From: Candidatus Eiseniibacteriota bacterium
GTDB lineage: Bacteria; Eisenbacteria; RBG-16-71-46
Direction of reading: 5' to 3'
DNA length: 64,000 bases
NCBI GenBank assembly: GCA_044223005.1
Contig: JBGAML010000002.1
Span: 1 to 64,000, forward strand
Each line of letters starts with the position of its first letter. Positions within the stretch are counted from its first letter, which is position 1. The notes below the pieces were generated by a model. That model searched no databases and was not told where the DNA came from. It saw nothing but the letters and a program-made list of their open reading frames with translations. This document shows positions 37,478 to 46,382 of the stretch, piece by piece. A program made the position numbers and the translations under genes.

Positions 37478-40294
37478 GTGAAACCGTGTCTCGCGAGTTC
37501 GTACGCCGCGCTGATGGTGCTGGTGCTCGCCGTGCCGCCACCCGTCGCGTACGCCGATGCCGTCGGCCAGTGGGTGCGTTCGTCCCCCGGAGCCGCCATC
37601 GGCGCGAGCAGCGCGTGGGATCCCGTGCACCGCCGGCAGTACGTCTTCGGGGGCCAGCACGACGCCGGCCTCAGCAGCGACGTGGTCACGATCGAGCCGG
37701 GTGATCCTCCGGTCGTGCGCCTTCTCGTGACGGCCGGCCCCAAACCGCGGCCGCGCACGGGCGCTCTCGTCGTCTACGATTCGAACCGGAACCGCCTCGT
37801 GGTCTTCGGCGGGCGCGACCTCCTCGGGCCGTTGCTCGCCGACGTCTGGACGCTCGCGTTGGACGGCACTCCCACGTGGACGGAACTCGCGCCGGACAGC
37901 ACGGGACCCGAGGGACGCTTCGGCGCGAGCGGCGTCTACGAGCCCAGCTCCGATGCTCTCGTGCTCTTCGGAGGCGACAGGGGAGGCCCCACGTTCGCGG
38001 ACGCATGGAAGCTCTTGTTCGCGGGGTCGCCGACCTGGCATCCGCTCGCGACCTCGGGCGACTCGCCCTCGGGACGCGCGTATGCGCCCGCGATTCTCGA
38101 CCCGGTGCGCCACCGGATGGTGATCCACGGGGGCTACACGTCGGGCAGTGCCGAGCTCGCCGATACACGCAACTGGTCGCTCGCGCTCGACGGTGCTCCC
38201 GTGTGGACGCGACTCGCCGACGGCGGCCCCGTCGACGAGGCGGCGTCGCAGGTGGCGGCGTACGACGCGCGGCGCGACCGCATGCTGGTCGTCGCGGGAG
38301 GGTTGTACACGGCGGCCAGCGTCTGGGCGTGGCCGCTCTCGGGTGCGTCGTCGTGGTCGGTGGTGCCGGCTTCGGGCACCGCGTCGCGACCTCAGATCTC
38401 GTCCCGCCATGTCGCGGCCTGCGATTCCACGTCGGACACCGTAATGGAGTGGAATGGAGGCTTCGACGCGCGGGTGTACTCGCTCGCACTCGCCGATCCG
38501 CCGACGTGGACGGGGGCCGTGCCGGGAGCCGCGTTTCCGGGTGAGCACCCCAACGGCAGCGTGGCCTTCGACCCCGTCGGGCCGCGCGTCCTGATGATGG
38601 GTGGCCGCAGCGATGCGGGCGGCCAGGACGTCCTCGCGTTCCCTCCACTCGAACCCGCGATGGCGCTCCTCGCGAACCCCTTGCCGCCGTCCGCAACGCG
38701 CCGGAACCAATCCACGATCGTCGACCCTGTGCGGCGGCGGCTGATCTGCTTCGGGGGCAACCGCTCGCCGTCGCCACCGCAGACGTGGTGGAACGACGTG
38801 TGGACGTTGCCCCTCGAGGGCGGTGATTGGGCACCGCTCGCGACCTCGGGCACGGCACCCGATCCTCGCGAGCAGTGCGCCGCGATCTACGATCCCGTGC
38901 GCGACCGCATGCTCGTGTTCGGGGGCCTCGCCTCGACGTCCCTGGACGACGTCTGGGCGCTCACGCTCGGCGAGACACCCACGTGGTCGGCGCTCACGCC
39001 CTCCGGGACCCCGCCCTCGCCGCGCTACGCGACGACGGCGGCCTATGACGCGCTGCGGGATCGCGTGCTCTTCTTCGGCGGAATCGCCGCCGGCGCCGGA
39101 CCGTCCGAAACCTGGGCCCTCACGCTCGCCGGGACGCCCGCATGGAGTCCGCTCACCACGTCGGGCGCGCCGACGACCGTCACGATCGGGTCGCCGGCCG
39201 CGTACGACGCACTCCGGGACCGGCTGGTCGTGTGGGACGGGACGATCGGCGTGAACTGGACCCCGGTCGTCCGCACGCTCGATCTCTCGAACCCCGTCGC
39301 GTGGTCGACGTTCAGTCCGCCGGGTGATTCGACGACTCCCCAGATCCGGATGTATGGAGTCGCCGATCCCGAACACGATGCGATGGTGTTCGTGAACTCG
39401 TATGGCGGGATCTTCTCGCTTCGCTGGGGCGAGGCGCCCACAGTCGAACTGTCCTGCCCCGGGGACACGACGTGGACGCCCGGCGCGACGATGACGATCC
39501 CGTGCACGATCTCGAATCCCTACGCGTTCGCGCAGACGGCGGATTGGATCGCCACGAGCGCACGGGCGTGGGCGGGCACACCGGTCTCGGGCCAGGTGAC
39601 GGTCGGCGCGGGAGGAATCGCCTCGTTCGCCGTGCCGATCGCCGTGCCCGACACGGTGAGCGCGGGCCTCGGCCGCCTCGCGATCGACGTCACGTTGCGC
39701 TCGGTGTCGCGCGCGGTGTCGCGAAGCGTCGCGCTCCACGACGCCGCGACCGCCGTCCAGGTGACGCTCGTGCGCGCGGATGCCGTCGCGAGTGGTGTTC
39801 GGCTCGCCTGGCAGGTGTCGTCCGGTGCCGGCACGAACGGCATCGTGGAACGGCAGGCCGGGACGGAGGGGTGGATCGAGATCGCGAGCTTGCGCGCCGA
39901 CGCTGGCGGAGTGCTGGTCCTCGACGATGCGGACGTTCGGCCGGGCGCGCGCTACGGCTACCGGCTTCGCCTCCCGGCGATGTCTTCCGTACCGTTCGCC
40001 GAGACTTGGATCGAAGTTCCGGTCCGCCCCGCGTTCGGTCTTCTCGGCGCGTCGCCCAATCCCTCGGGCGCGGACGCCCAGGTGGAGCTCTCGCTGCCCG
40101 ATGCCACGCCGGCGCGGCTGGAACTGCTGGACGTGGGTGGCCGGCGCGTCGCCGTCCGCGAAGTCGGTGTGCTCGGCGGCGGCCGCCACGTCGTGGCGCT
40201 GGGCGCGGGGGCGCCGATCGCGCCCGGGGTCTACTTCGCGCGACTCACTCGGGAGTCCCGCCACGCGGAGGCCCGCATCGTCGTCGTACGGTGA
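37478..40294 (+). CDS. Secreted Kelch-repeat protein with Ig-like linkers and C-terminal T9SS-A/FlgD-like domain
   Basis: GGAGG then GTG 37478; signal peptide; about 12 partly degenerate Kelch repeats; CTD SPNPS...LLDVGGRRV...PGVYFARL. Confidence 0.82.
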   Translation: MKPCLASSYAALMVLVLAVPPPVAYADAVGQWVRSSPGAAIGASSAWDPVHRRQYVFGGQHDAGLSSDVVTIEPGDPPVVRLLVTAGPKPRPRTGALVVYDSNRNRLVVFGGRDLLGPLLADVWTLALDGTPTWTELAPDSTGPEGRFGASGVYEPSSDALVLFGGDRGGPTFADAWKLLFAGSPTWHPLATSGDSPSGRAYAPAILDPVRHRMVIHGGYTSGSAELADTRNWSLALDGAPVWTRLADGGPVDEAASQVAAYDARRDRMLVVAGGLYTAASVWAWPLSGASSWSVVPASGTASRPQISSRHVAACDSTSDTVMEWNGGFDARVYSLALADPPTWTGAVPGAAFPGEHPNGSVAFDPVGPRVLMMGGRSDAGGQDVLAFPPLEPAMALLANPLPPSATRRNQSTIVDPVRRRLICFGGNRSPSPPQTWWNDVWTLPLEGGDWAPLATSGTAPDPREQCAAIYDPVRDRMLVFGGLASTSLDDVWALTLGETPTWSALTPSGTPPSPRYATTAAYDALRDRVLFFGGIAAGAGPSETWALTLAGTPAWSPLTTSGAPTTVTIGSPAAYDALRDRLVVWDGTIGVNWTPVVRTLDLSNPVAWSTFSPPGDSTTPQIRMYGVADPEHDAMVFVNSYGGIFSLRWGEAPTVELSCPGDTTWTPGATMTIPCTISNPYAFAQTADWIATSARAWAGTPVSGQVTVGAGGIASFAVPIAVPDTVSAGLGRLAIDVTLRSVSRAVSRSVALHDAATAVQVTLVRADAVASGVRLAWQVSSGAGTNGIVERQAGTEGWIEIASLRADAGGVLVLDDADVRPGARYGYRLRLPAMSSVPFAETWIEVPVRPAFGLLGASPNPSGADAQVELSLPDATPARLELLDVGGRRVAVREVGVLGGGRHVVALGAGAPIAPGVYFARLTRESRHAEARIVVVR

Positions 40295-40441
40295 GCCGGG
40301 TGGCGGCCCCGAGGCGTCGTCGGATCTCGCGCTCGTGCCCACGGCCCGCTCGGCCGGTCCCAAATCCATTGCGACGCCCCCGGCGGCCGTGGTAGCCGTT
40401 CGGCCTCGCCGCAGCACCATCACCCGAGTTGGGAGGTCGTG

Positions 40442-41035
40442 ATGAAGAACGTCGTCCGGATCCTGCTGATCGTCATCGTGGCGCTGGTCGCCTTCATCTG
40501 GTCGCGGCCGGGGCACTATCACGTGGAGCGCTCGGTCACCGTTCCGGCACCCGCCGAGGCGGTCTACGCGACGCTCGCGGACTTCCACCAGTTCAACCAG
40601 TGGTCTCCGTGGTCCAAGCTCGATCCGGCGATGACCACGTCGTACGAGGGCCCCGAGTCCGGCGTGGGTGCGGCGTACCACTGGGCCGGCAACGACAAGG
40701 TCGGCGAGGGCTCGATGAAGATCATCGAGGCGACCCCGCCCAGCCGGATCGGCATGCAGCTCGAGTTCCTCAAGCCGTTCAAGGACACGAGCCGGACCGC
40801 GTTCACGCTCGCCCCGGACGGCGACGGCACCAAGGTGACGTGGGCGATGGACGGCGACATGAACTTCATCAGCAAGGCGATGTGCCTGATGAAGCCCATG
40901 GACGCGATGATCGGCCCCGACTTCGAGAAGGGCCTCGCCACGCTTTCGACCGTCGTGGCCAGCGCGGCCGCCGCGGGTGGTGCTCCGGCCGATTCGAGCG
41001 CGCCCGCCGCGCCGACGGGACTCACGGCGAAGTAG
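40442..41035 (+). CDS. SRPBCC (polyketide cyclase/START) family protein
   Basis: N-terminal TM, VERSVTV.AP, WSPW..LDP, GVGAAYHWAGN, GTKVTW and IGPDFEKGL. Confidence 0.85.
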   Translation: MKNVVRILLIVIVALVAFIWSRPGHYHVERSVTVPAPAEAVYATLADFHQFNQWSPWSKLDPAMTTSYEGPESGVGAAYHWAGNDKVGEGSMKIIEATPPSRIGMQLEFLKPFKDTSRTAFTLAPDGDGTKVTWAMDGDMNFISKAMCLMKPMDAMIGPDFEKGLATLSTVVASAAAAGGAPADSSAPAAPTGLTAK

Positions 41036-41052
41036 CGCCCCCGCGGAGACGA

Positions 41053-41086
41053 CGACGCCGCGGCCCGGTCACGGGCCGCGGCGTCG
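41053..41086. terminator. Hairpin between convergent genes; probable bidirectional terminator
   Basis: Perfect 15-bp stem CGACGCCGCGGCCCG-GTCA-CGGGCCGCGGCGTCG. Confidence 0.7.
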
Positions 41087-41106
41087 CGCGTTTCGGGGCA
41101 GACGGA

Positions 41107-42123
41107 CTACTTCGCGGCGGCCGTGGCGCCGACCACGAGCGCGCGGATCTCGTCCTCGATCGAGCCGGGCATGCCCATGTTCGCGGCGAACTTCATCTTG
41201 CCCGCGTCCTCGAAGTACATCTTCATCCGGTACATCCCGTCGACGGTCGTCGCGCGCAGGTTGCCGCCGTCGCGATGGATCACGATTTCGATCGGGTACG
41301 CGGCGGCATGCGCGAGCCCCGGGCAGCGGTAACGGCTGCGACTGCCGTCGCCCCCGGCGCCCACGATCGCGAACGACTTCGCTTCCATCGCCGCCCCCGA
41401 GACGCCGAGCACGATCACGCCCGGATCGGCGAGCTCGATCCGGTACACGTTTCGGATCTGCCAGCGGCCGCGCGCGCCGCCTCGCTCGATCGCCGCCGCG
41501 ATGCGGTCGGCGAACGCACCGAGGTCCTCGGGCCGGCTCGAGGGGGTGCTCGCCAGCACGTGCACCTTTTCCGGGAACGGTCCGCCGGCCATCACGCCCA
41601 TCGTGCGGCCGATGAGCCCGCGATCGCGCACCTGGCCGAAGCCACGATTGACCGCATGGCCGTGCAGACCGGCGGCGAGGTGGGCGAGGTCGCGGAGCAG
41701 CGCCTCCGAGGACGCTTCGAAGCCCGTCTCCGCCACGATCGTGCGGGCGATCGAGAGCGGATTGACCGCGGCGAGGTGCTTACCCGCCTCGTCCTCGAAG
41801 AGCACGAGCCGTACCGGCACCGCGAACGCCGCCGTGGCGCCGTGCGCGAGCACCTGCCGGGCCCAGGCCGGCGCCACGAGCACGAACACGCGTGCGTGGA
41901 AATCGCAGGCGTTCCGGTCCACCGCGACGTCGTGCACCGCGGCGACGCTCCAGCCGGCGGCGGCGGCTCCGTCGCGGAGCGAGGCGGTGAGCTGGTCGAA
42001 CGATCCCGGCAGCGAATCGGCGAGCACGACGTAGACGGGCTGTCGTGCGTCGAGGGCCTGCGCGGGTGACACGAACGCGAGAGCTCCGGCGAGGAGCGCG
42101 ATCGCGAGGAACAGGCGAGACAT
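41107..42123 (-). CDS. Exported hypothetical protein, possibly tandem DUF302-like domains
   Basis: Signal peptide MSRLFLAIALLAGALAFVSPAQA; two similar halves (W.V.......AAFAVPVRLVLFE / W.I.......AAAYPIEIVIHR); last gene of the island. Confidence 0.65.
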   Translation of the reverse strand: MSRLFLAIALLAGALAFVSPAQALDARQPVYVVLADSLPGSFDQLTASLRDGAAAAGWSVAAVHDVAVDRNACDFHARVFVLVAPAWARQVLAHGATAAFAVPVRLVLFEDEAGKHLAAVNPLSIARTIVAETGFEASSEALLRDLAHLAAGLHGHAVNRGFGQVRDRGLIGRTMGVMAGGPFPEKVHVLASTPSSRPEDLGAFADRIAAAIERGGARGRWQIRNVYRIELADPGVIVLGVSGAAMEAKSFAIVGAGGDGSRSRYRCPGLAHAAAYPIEIVIHRDGGNLRATTVDGMYRMKMYFEDAGKMKFAANMGMPGSIEDEIRALVVGATAAAK

Positions 42124-42190
42124 CCGGCCTCCGGGAACCGTGAGGCCGGAGACGCCTCGCGGCGTCCCCGGCCTCCGGATCGTCATGGGG

Positions 42191-42550
42191 TCACTTCGCG
42201 GCGGGCATCGGGTGCCCTTCCTTCATCCACTGGTTCAGGCCCTTCATGTCCTTCGCGAGCTCGGCGAACTGCCTGCCCTTCTTCGTGAGCGTGTGCGAGC
42301 CGGGCTTGCGAGAGTGACAAGAGGTGCAATGTCCGAACGACTCCTGGATCGACGCATAGCCGTCGAACGAGCGGGTCGTCTCGTAGTACTTGCCCATGTC
42401 GGTGAGCCGCTTGCTGCCCGGCTTGTCGTGGCAGGTCGTGCAGGACTTGCCGGTGTCGTGCGCGAGCTTCTCGGACGCCGTCGCGATGCCGCTACCGAGG
42501 AACGCGGCCGCGACCGCGAGGCCGAGGACGAGACGCAGGGTGGAACGCAT
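42191..42550 (-). CDS. Small periplasmic diheme c-type cytochrome
   Basis: Signal peptide MRSTLRLVLGLAVAAAFLGSGIATA; CTTCH and CTSCH. Confidence 0.85.
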   Translation of the reverse strand: MRSTLRLVLGLAVAAAFLGSGIATASEKLAHDTGKSCTTCHDKPGSKRLTDMGKYYETTRSFDGYASIQESFGHCTSCHSRKPGSHTLTKKGRQFAELAKDMKGLNQWMKEGHPMPAAK

Positions 42551-42567
42551 GTCGGTGCTCTCCTTCC

Positions 42568-43896
42568 TCAGTGCGAGATCGCGCGGCTGTAGCCGACGGA
42601 AACGGTCCACTGCGAGTGATCCACGGTCGCGCCGGGGCCGAACGGGTTCAGGCCCTGGTTGCTGCTCGGGTTCGTCTGCGACACCTCGAACGCGCGCTCG
42701 ACCGCGAAGTTCACGGTGTGGGCGCCCCACGTGTAGCCCGCGCCCAGCGTCGCGTGCTGCTTCTCGATCGCGGGGAACAGCGGGTTGAGCGTGTTGTCCG
42801 GCACCGGGTTGTCGCCGTAGTTGTAGCCGCCGCGAAGCGTGACCGCCGGCGTGGCGCGGAACTCGGCGCCGACCGCGACTGCCCAGACGTCCTTCCAGTC
42901 GAACACGAACGGCATCACGGGCGCCGTCATCGGCGACGCCTTGTCGGGGTTCGTGCCCTCGACACGGATCGTCTGGATCGCCTTGCTCCAGAGGTACCGG
43001 CGGCCGTCGATCGCCACCATCCAGCGGTCGACCGGGCGCACCTGCACGCCGAAGCCGTACTGCTCGGGCCACGTGAAGCCGTCGACCACGGCGTCGTACT
43101 TCACGAGCCCGAGGCCGATCGCGGTCTGGTCGAGCGTCAGCGTGCCGTTCTTGTAGGTGCCCTGCGTCTTCGTCTGGTAGATCGCACCGACCTGCAGTCG
43201 CGGATCGGCGTTCCACATCGCGCCCAGGCGCACGCTGTTGTTGAACGTGTGCGCGCGCTTGGACAGGTTGGCGCCGAAGAAGCCCATGTCGTCGGACGGA
43301 TCGAGCGGCGTGCCGTTGTCCGAGTAGAAGCTCGTGTGCGGGTAGAAGCGGAACGTCACGTCCGAGTAGCCGGCGTTGAACGACGCGCCGAGCGCGAGAT
43401 CCTCGTTGATCGCGTACGCGATCGTGGGCGTGACGGTGAGGAACCGCACCTCGCTGAACGTGCCGTCGGACGTCCCGAACGGCGTGCGATAGCCGTTGAA
43501 CGTGGCGCCCATGCCGCCCTGGCTGAGCAGGCCGAGGCCCACCGTGACGGGCGACTTGCCGAGGCCGTGGACCCAGGAGATCGACGGCATGCTGAACGCG
43601 GTCGACTTGGCGTCGAGCGAGTTGCCGAGCGGGTCGCCGCCGTACGAGAGCTTGGGTGCGAGCAGCTGGTAGTCGACCCCGAAGTGCTGACCCTGCAGCT
43701 GGGCGATGCCCGCCGGGTTGGTCTGCAGGCCGAGCGAGCGGTCCGCGACGGCGATGTTGGCCCCGGCGCGGCCCGCGGCCTCGCTGCCGTAGCCCGCGAG
43801 GTACATGCCGTTGGTGGCCCACGCGGGAACCGCGAGGGCGAGCGTGAGCGCGGCCGCCGACGCGGAGCGGCGCAACGCGGATGGACGAGTGATCAT
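42568..43896 (-). CDS. FadL/OmpP1/TodX-family outer-membrane channel
   Basis: Signal peptide, TNGMYLAGYG...GRAGA...NPAGI hatch motif, LRGGYNYGDNPV and amphipathic C-terminal strand. Confidence 0.85.
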   Translation of the reverse strand: MITRPSALRRSASAAALTLALAVPAWATNGMYLAGYGSEAAGRAGANIAVADRSLGLQTNPAGIAQLQGQHFGVDYQLLAPKLSYGGDPLGNSLDAKSTAFSMPSISWVHGLGKSPVTVGLGLLSQGGMGATFNGYRTPFGTSDGTFSEVRFLTVTPTIAYAINEDLALGASFNAGYSDVTFRFYPHTSFYSDNGTPLDPSDDMGFFGANLSKRAHTFNNSVRLGAMWNADPRLQVGAIYQTKTQGTYKNGTLTLDQTAIGLGLVKYDAVVDGFTWPEQYGFGVQVRPVDRWMVAIDGRRYLWSKAIQTIRVEGTNPDKASPMTAPVMPFVFDWKDVWAVAVGAEFRATPAVTLRGGYNYGDNPVPDNTLNPLFPAIEKQHATLGAGYTWGAHTVNFAVERAFEVSQTNPSSNQGLNPFGPGATVDHSQWTVSVGYSRAISH

Positions 43897-44255
43897 GAGT
43901 CGACCTTTCGGGGAGATTCCTCGTTCGAGCGATCCCGCGAGCGGCGCGGGGTTCGCGAGACGCCCGCGATGCGGGCGACCAGGGCCGGGACGTCGCCGGG
44001 GAACAGCCGCTGCAGTTCCCCCTCGCTCATGCCCGTGAGTTCTTCGAGCCGCTCCAGTCCCGGCGCGCGACCGAGGCGCGCCGCGTCCTCGCGGCAGGAG
44101 GTGACGACCTTCCAGTGCCGGTCGCCGAGGGCCGGGATCCCGGCCTCGCGCGCCAGCCGTTCGGCGGTGTCCGGAGACCAGTCGCGGCCGAGCGCGGCCG
44201 CGGGGCGCCGGGGCCGGTGCCCCGACGCGTCGGCGTGTCCGCCTGCTCGATCCAT
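43893..44255 (-). CDS. TusE/DsrC-fold protein lacking the C-terminal cysteine
   Basis: DWSPDTAERLAREAGIPALGDRHWKVV..CRE and ELQRLFPG....VARIAGV match the DsrC/TusE core; the tail has no Cys. Confidence 0.7.
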   Translation of the reverse strand: MDRAGGHADASGHRPRRPAAALGRDWSPDTAERLAREAGIPALGDRHWKVVTSCREDAARLGRAPGLERLEELTGMSEGELQRLFPGDVPALVARIAGVSRTPRRSRDRSNEESPRKVDS

Positions 44256-44257
44256 GA

Positions 44258-44857
44258 TCAGTGCCCGCGCGAGCGTGCCGCCGACCAGCGCTCCACCCAC
44301 TCCGCGCCGACGAAACCTCCGATCGCCATGGCCACCACCAGCGCCACGACGACGCCCGCGGGAAGGTGCAGCAGCTCGGGCAGCGTGAGACGCCCGAGAT
44401 CGCCGGAGTCCATGAAGCCCTGGATCCACGGCGAGATCTCGCCGACCACGAACGTGCCCACGAACAGGCCCGCCACGTAGACCATCGCGTCCATTCGTCC
44501 GGTCGCGACGCCCACGAGGGAGGTGCCGGGGCAGTAGCCGCCGATCACGAAGCCGAACCCGAGCACGAGTCCGCCCACCGCCTGCGAGGCGAAGTGCGTC
44601 GGCGTCATGAAGAGCTCCGAGAGGTCGAGCCAGCCCGCGGCGGAGAGGCCGTAGACGCCGAGCATCGCGGTCACGATCGCCGTGAACATCACCTTGAACA
44701 CGGCGAGATCGTCCAGGTAGAACTGCGCGACCAGCTTGCGTGCGCTGCCGAAGCCGGCGCGCTCGAGGAAGAACCCGAACGCGATGCCGATCGCTAGCGC
44801 GACCCAGAGCGAGGTCTCGTCGGAAAACGCACCGAACGCGAAGAACGGGGCCTTCAT
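44258..44857 (-). CDS. YeeE/YedE sulfur-compound transporter subunit
   Basis: GIAFGFFLERAGFGS, VFKVMFTAI and GFVIGGYCPGTS; ATGA-coupled start. Confidence 0.88.
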   Translation of the reverse strand: MKAPFFAFGAFSDETSLWVALAIGIAFGFFLERAGFGSARKLVAQFYLDDLAVFKVMFTAIVTAMLGVYGLSAAGWLDLSELFMTPTHFASQAVGGLVLGFGFVIGGYCPGTSLVGVATGRMDAMVYVAGLFVGTFVVGEISPWIQGFMDSGDLGRLTLPELLHLPAGVVVALVVAMAIGGFVGAEWVERWSAARSRGH

Positions 44858-45432
44858 CGCCACTGCCTCCTCATGACGCCGGCGAGCGCGTAGGCGCCCG
44901 CGAAGACCATCATCATGAACACCCACGAGCCGGCGTTGAGCACCGCACCGCCGCTGAGGGCCTGGCCGCTCGTGCAGCCGCGGCCGAGCCGGGCGCCGAA
45001 CGCCATGAGCGCGCCGCCCGCGAGCGCGAACGCGAATCGCATCGCGACGGACGCCCGCGGCCCGCGTTCCACGGTGCGCGTGACGCGCCGGGCGAGCAGG
45101 CCCGACACGAACCCGCCGACGAGGACCCCGGCCACCTCGAACACGAGCCAGGCCTTGAGCGGATGTCCGACGCCGCCCTCGAGGTAACTCGTGTAGTAGT
45201 CGCTCGCCTGCGCATGCGCCGGGGCGACGAGGCTCACGACCCAGGAGACGATCGAGGCGATCGCACCCGACGCGCCGAGGCCGCGGCCCATCACGACGTA
45301 GGTGGCGAGCAGGACGATGCCGAGTCCGGCGCCGGCGAGGTAGGGATTGGTGTACGGCGAGGGCAGGGCCCGCGCGGCGGCGCGGGCGGGAGTTGCGGCC
45401 GACGCGCGCTGGGTGAGCAGGGAATCCGACAT
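44854..45432 (-). CDS. YeeE/YedE sulfur-compound transporter subunit
   Basis: NPYLAG.GLG, GRGLGASG and FGARLGRGCTSGQALSG. Confidence 0.88.
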   Translation of the reverse strand: MSDSLLTQRASAATPARAAARALPSPYTNPYLAGAGLGIVLLATYVVMGRGLGASGAIASIVSWVVSLVAPAHAQASDYYTSYLEGGVGHPLKAWLVFEVAGVLVGGFVSGLLARRVTRTVERGPRASVAMRFAFALAGGALMAFGARLGRGCTSGQALSGGAVLNAGSWVFMMMVFAGAYALAGVMRRQWR

Positions 45433-45545
45433 GGCTCCGTTTCCGTCGGCGCGTCCCGGACCCCAACGGTCCGCGGCGGCCGTGATGGTCGTGCGTGGTG
45501 CTGCGGGATGCCGGCGCGGCGGGGGCGGCGCCCGGCATCGGGCGG

Positions 45546-46382
45546 TCAGGCCGAAGGCGGTGTGGCCCCGGCGGGCTTCGCCGGCGGCGCGGGCGGGGCC
45601 GGCTCGGGAGCCGCCTCCGCGTCGTGCCGGTTCATCCATGCCACCTGCTTGAGCTTCATCTCGCGCCACCACTTGAAGTGGTGGTGATACGCGTACAGTT
45701 CGTCGACGGTGCCCGTGAGCATCGAGAAGAACGCCGACTTCTCCTCGGGGAACACCGCGCCCATGTAGACGTGGACCATGAGGCCGGCGACGACGCCGCC
45801 GACGGCGGCGAAGTGCGCCACGACGGCCCAGCCCACGATCGTCGTGCCGAACAGGTGGAAGGTCATGATCGCGCCCGTGAGCATGATCACGGGGATCATC
45901 GTGTAGACCAGCCACCCGAACATCTTCTGCCCGGCGTTGTAGCTGCCCTGCGGGGGAAGTTCTTCCTTCGTCCGCCCGAGGATCAGCCTCGCGCGCACGT
46001 CGAGCCATTTCCAGTCGTCGCGGTCGAGTCCCATCTCCTTGTGCAGGACCTCGGTGCGCAGGTAGGTCCGGAACCCGAAGATGCCGTAGACCAGGAACAC
46101 GAAGATCCACAGCAGCCCGAGGGCGATGTGAAAGCGCAGCATGTTCGCGCGCGTACCGAACACGCCGGCCACGAGCTGCAGGTACCACTCGGGCGCCATG
46201 CGGAAGTGGCGCGACACGATCAGCGCCGCGCCCGTGACCAGTTCGAAGAACCACGTGGACGCGTTGAACCAGTGCAGCAGGATGATCGCCACGTGGTGCT
46301 TCTTGAGCCGCCGCTGCAGCATCGTATCGGCGAGCTCGGCCGGGATGGGGACCGGCCGCGTCGGGATCGCCTCAGCCTTCAA
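45546..46382 (-). CDS. Cytochrome b membrane anchor (PhsC/FdnI-like)
   Basis: Four TM His (LLHWFN, RFHIAL, VAHFAA, MVHVYM), YNAGQK and SMLTGTV...HHHFKW. Confidence 0.82.
   Translation of the reverse strand: MKAEAIPTRPVPIPAELADTMLQRRLKKHHVAIILLHWFNASTWFFELVTGAALIVSRHFRMAPEWYLQLVAGVFGTRANMLRFHIALGLLWIFVFLVYGIFGFRTYLRTEVLHKEMGLDRDDWKWLDVRARLILGRTKEELPPQGSYNAGQKMFGWLVYTMIPVIMLTGAIMTFHLFGTTIVGWAVVAHFAAVGGVVAGLMVHVYMGAVFPEEKSAFFSMLTGTVDELYAYHHHFKWWREMKLKQVAWMNRHDAEAAPEPAPPAPPAKPAGATPPSA

Noticed and set aside
33827..39400. Recurring DNA segments such as cgcgaccgcatgctcgtgttcggcggc at ~150-160 nt spacing, resembling a CRISPR array or DGR repeats
   Set aside because: They are in-frame Kelch coding repeats with synonymous variation; no cas genes, reverse transcriptase or adenine-specific variation seen.
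43893..44255. Evidence for dissimilatory sulfite reduction (dsrC)
   Set aside because: No dsrAB or dsrMKJOP in the window, and the protein lacks the DsrC C-terminal cysteines.
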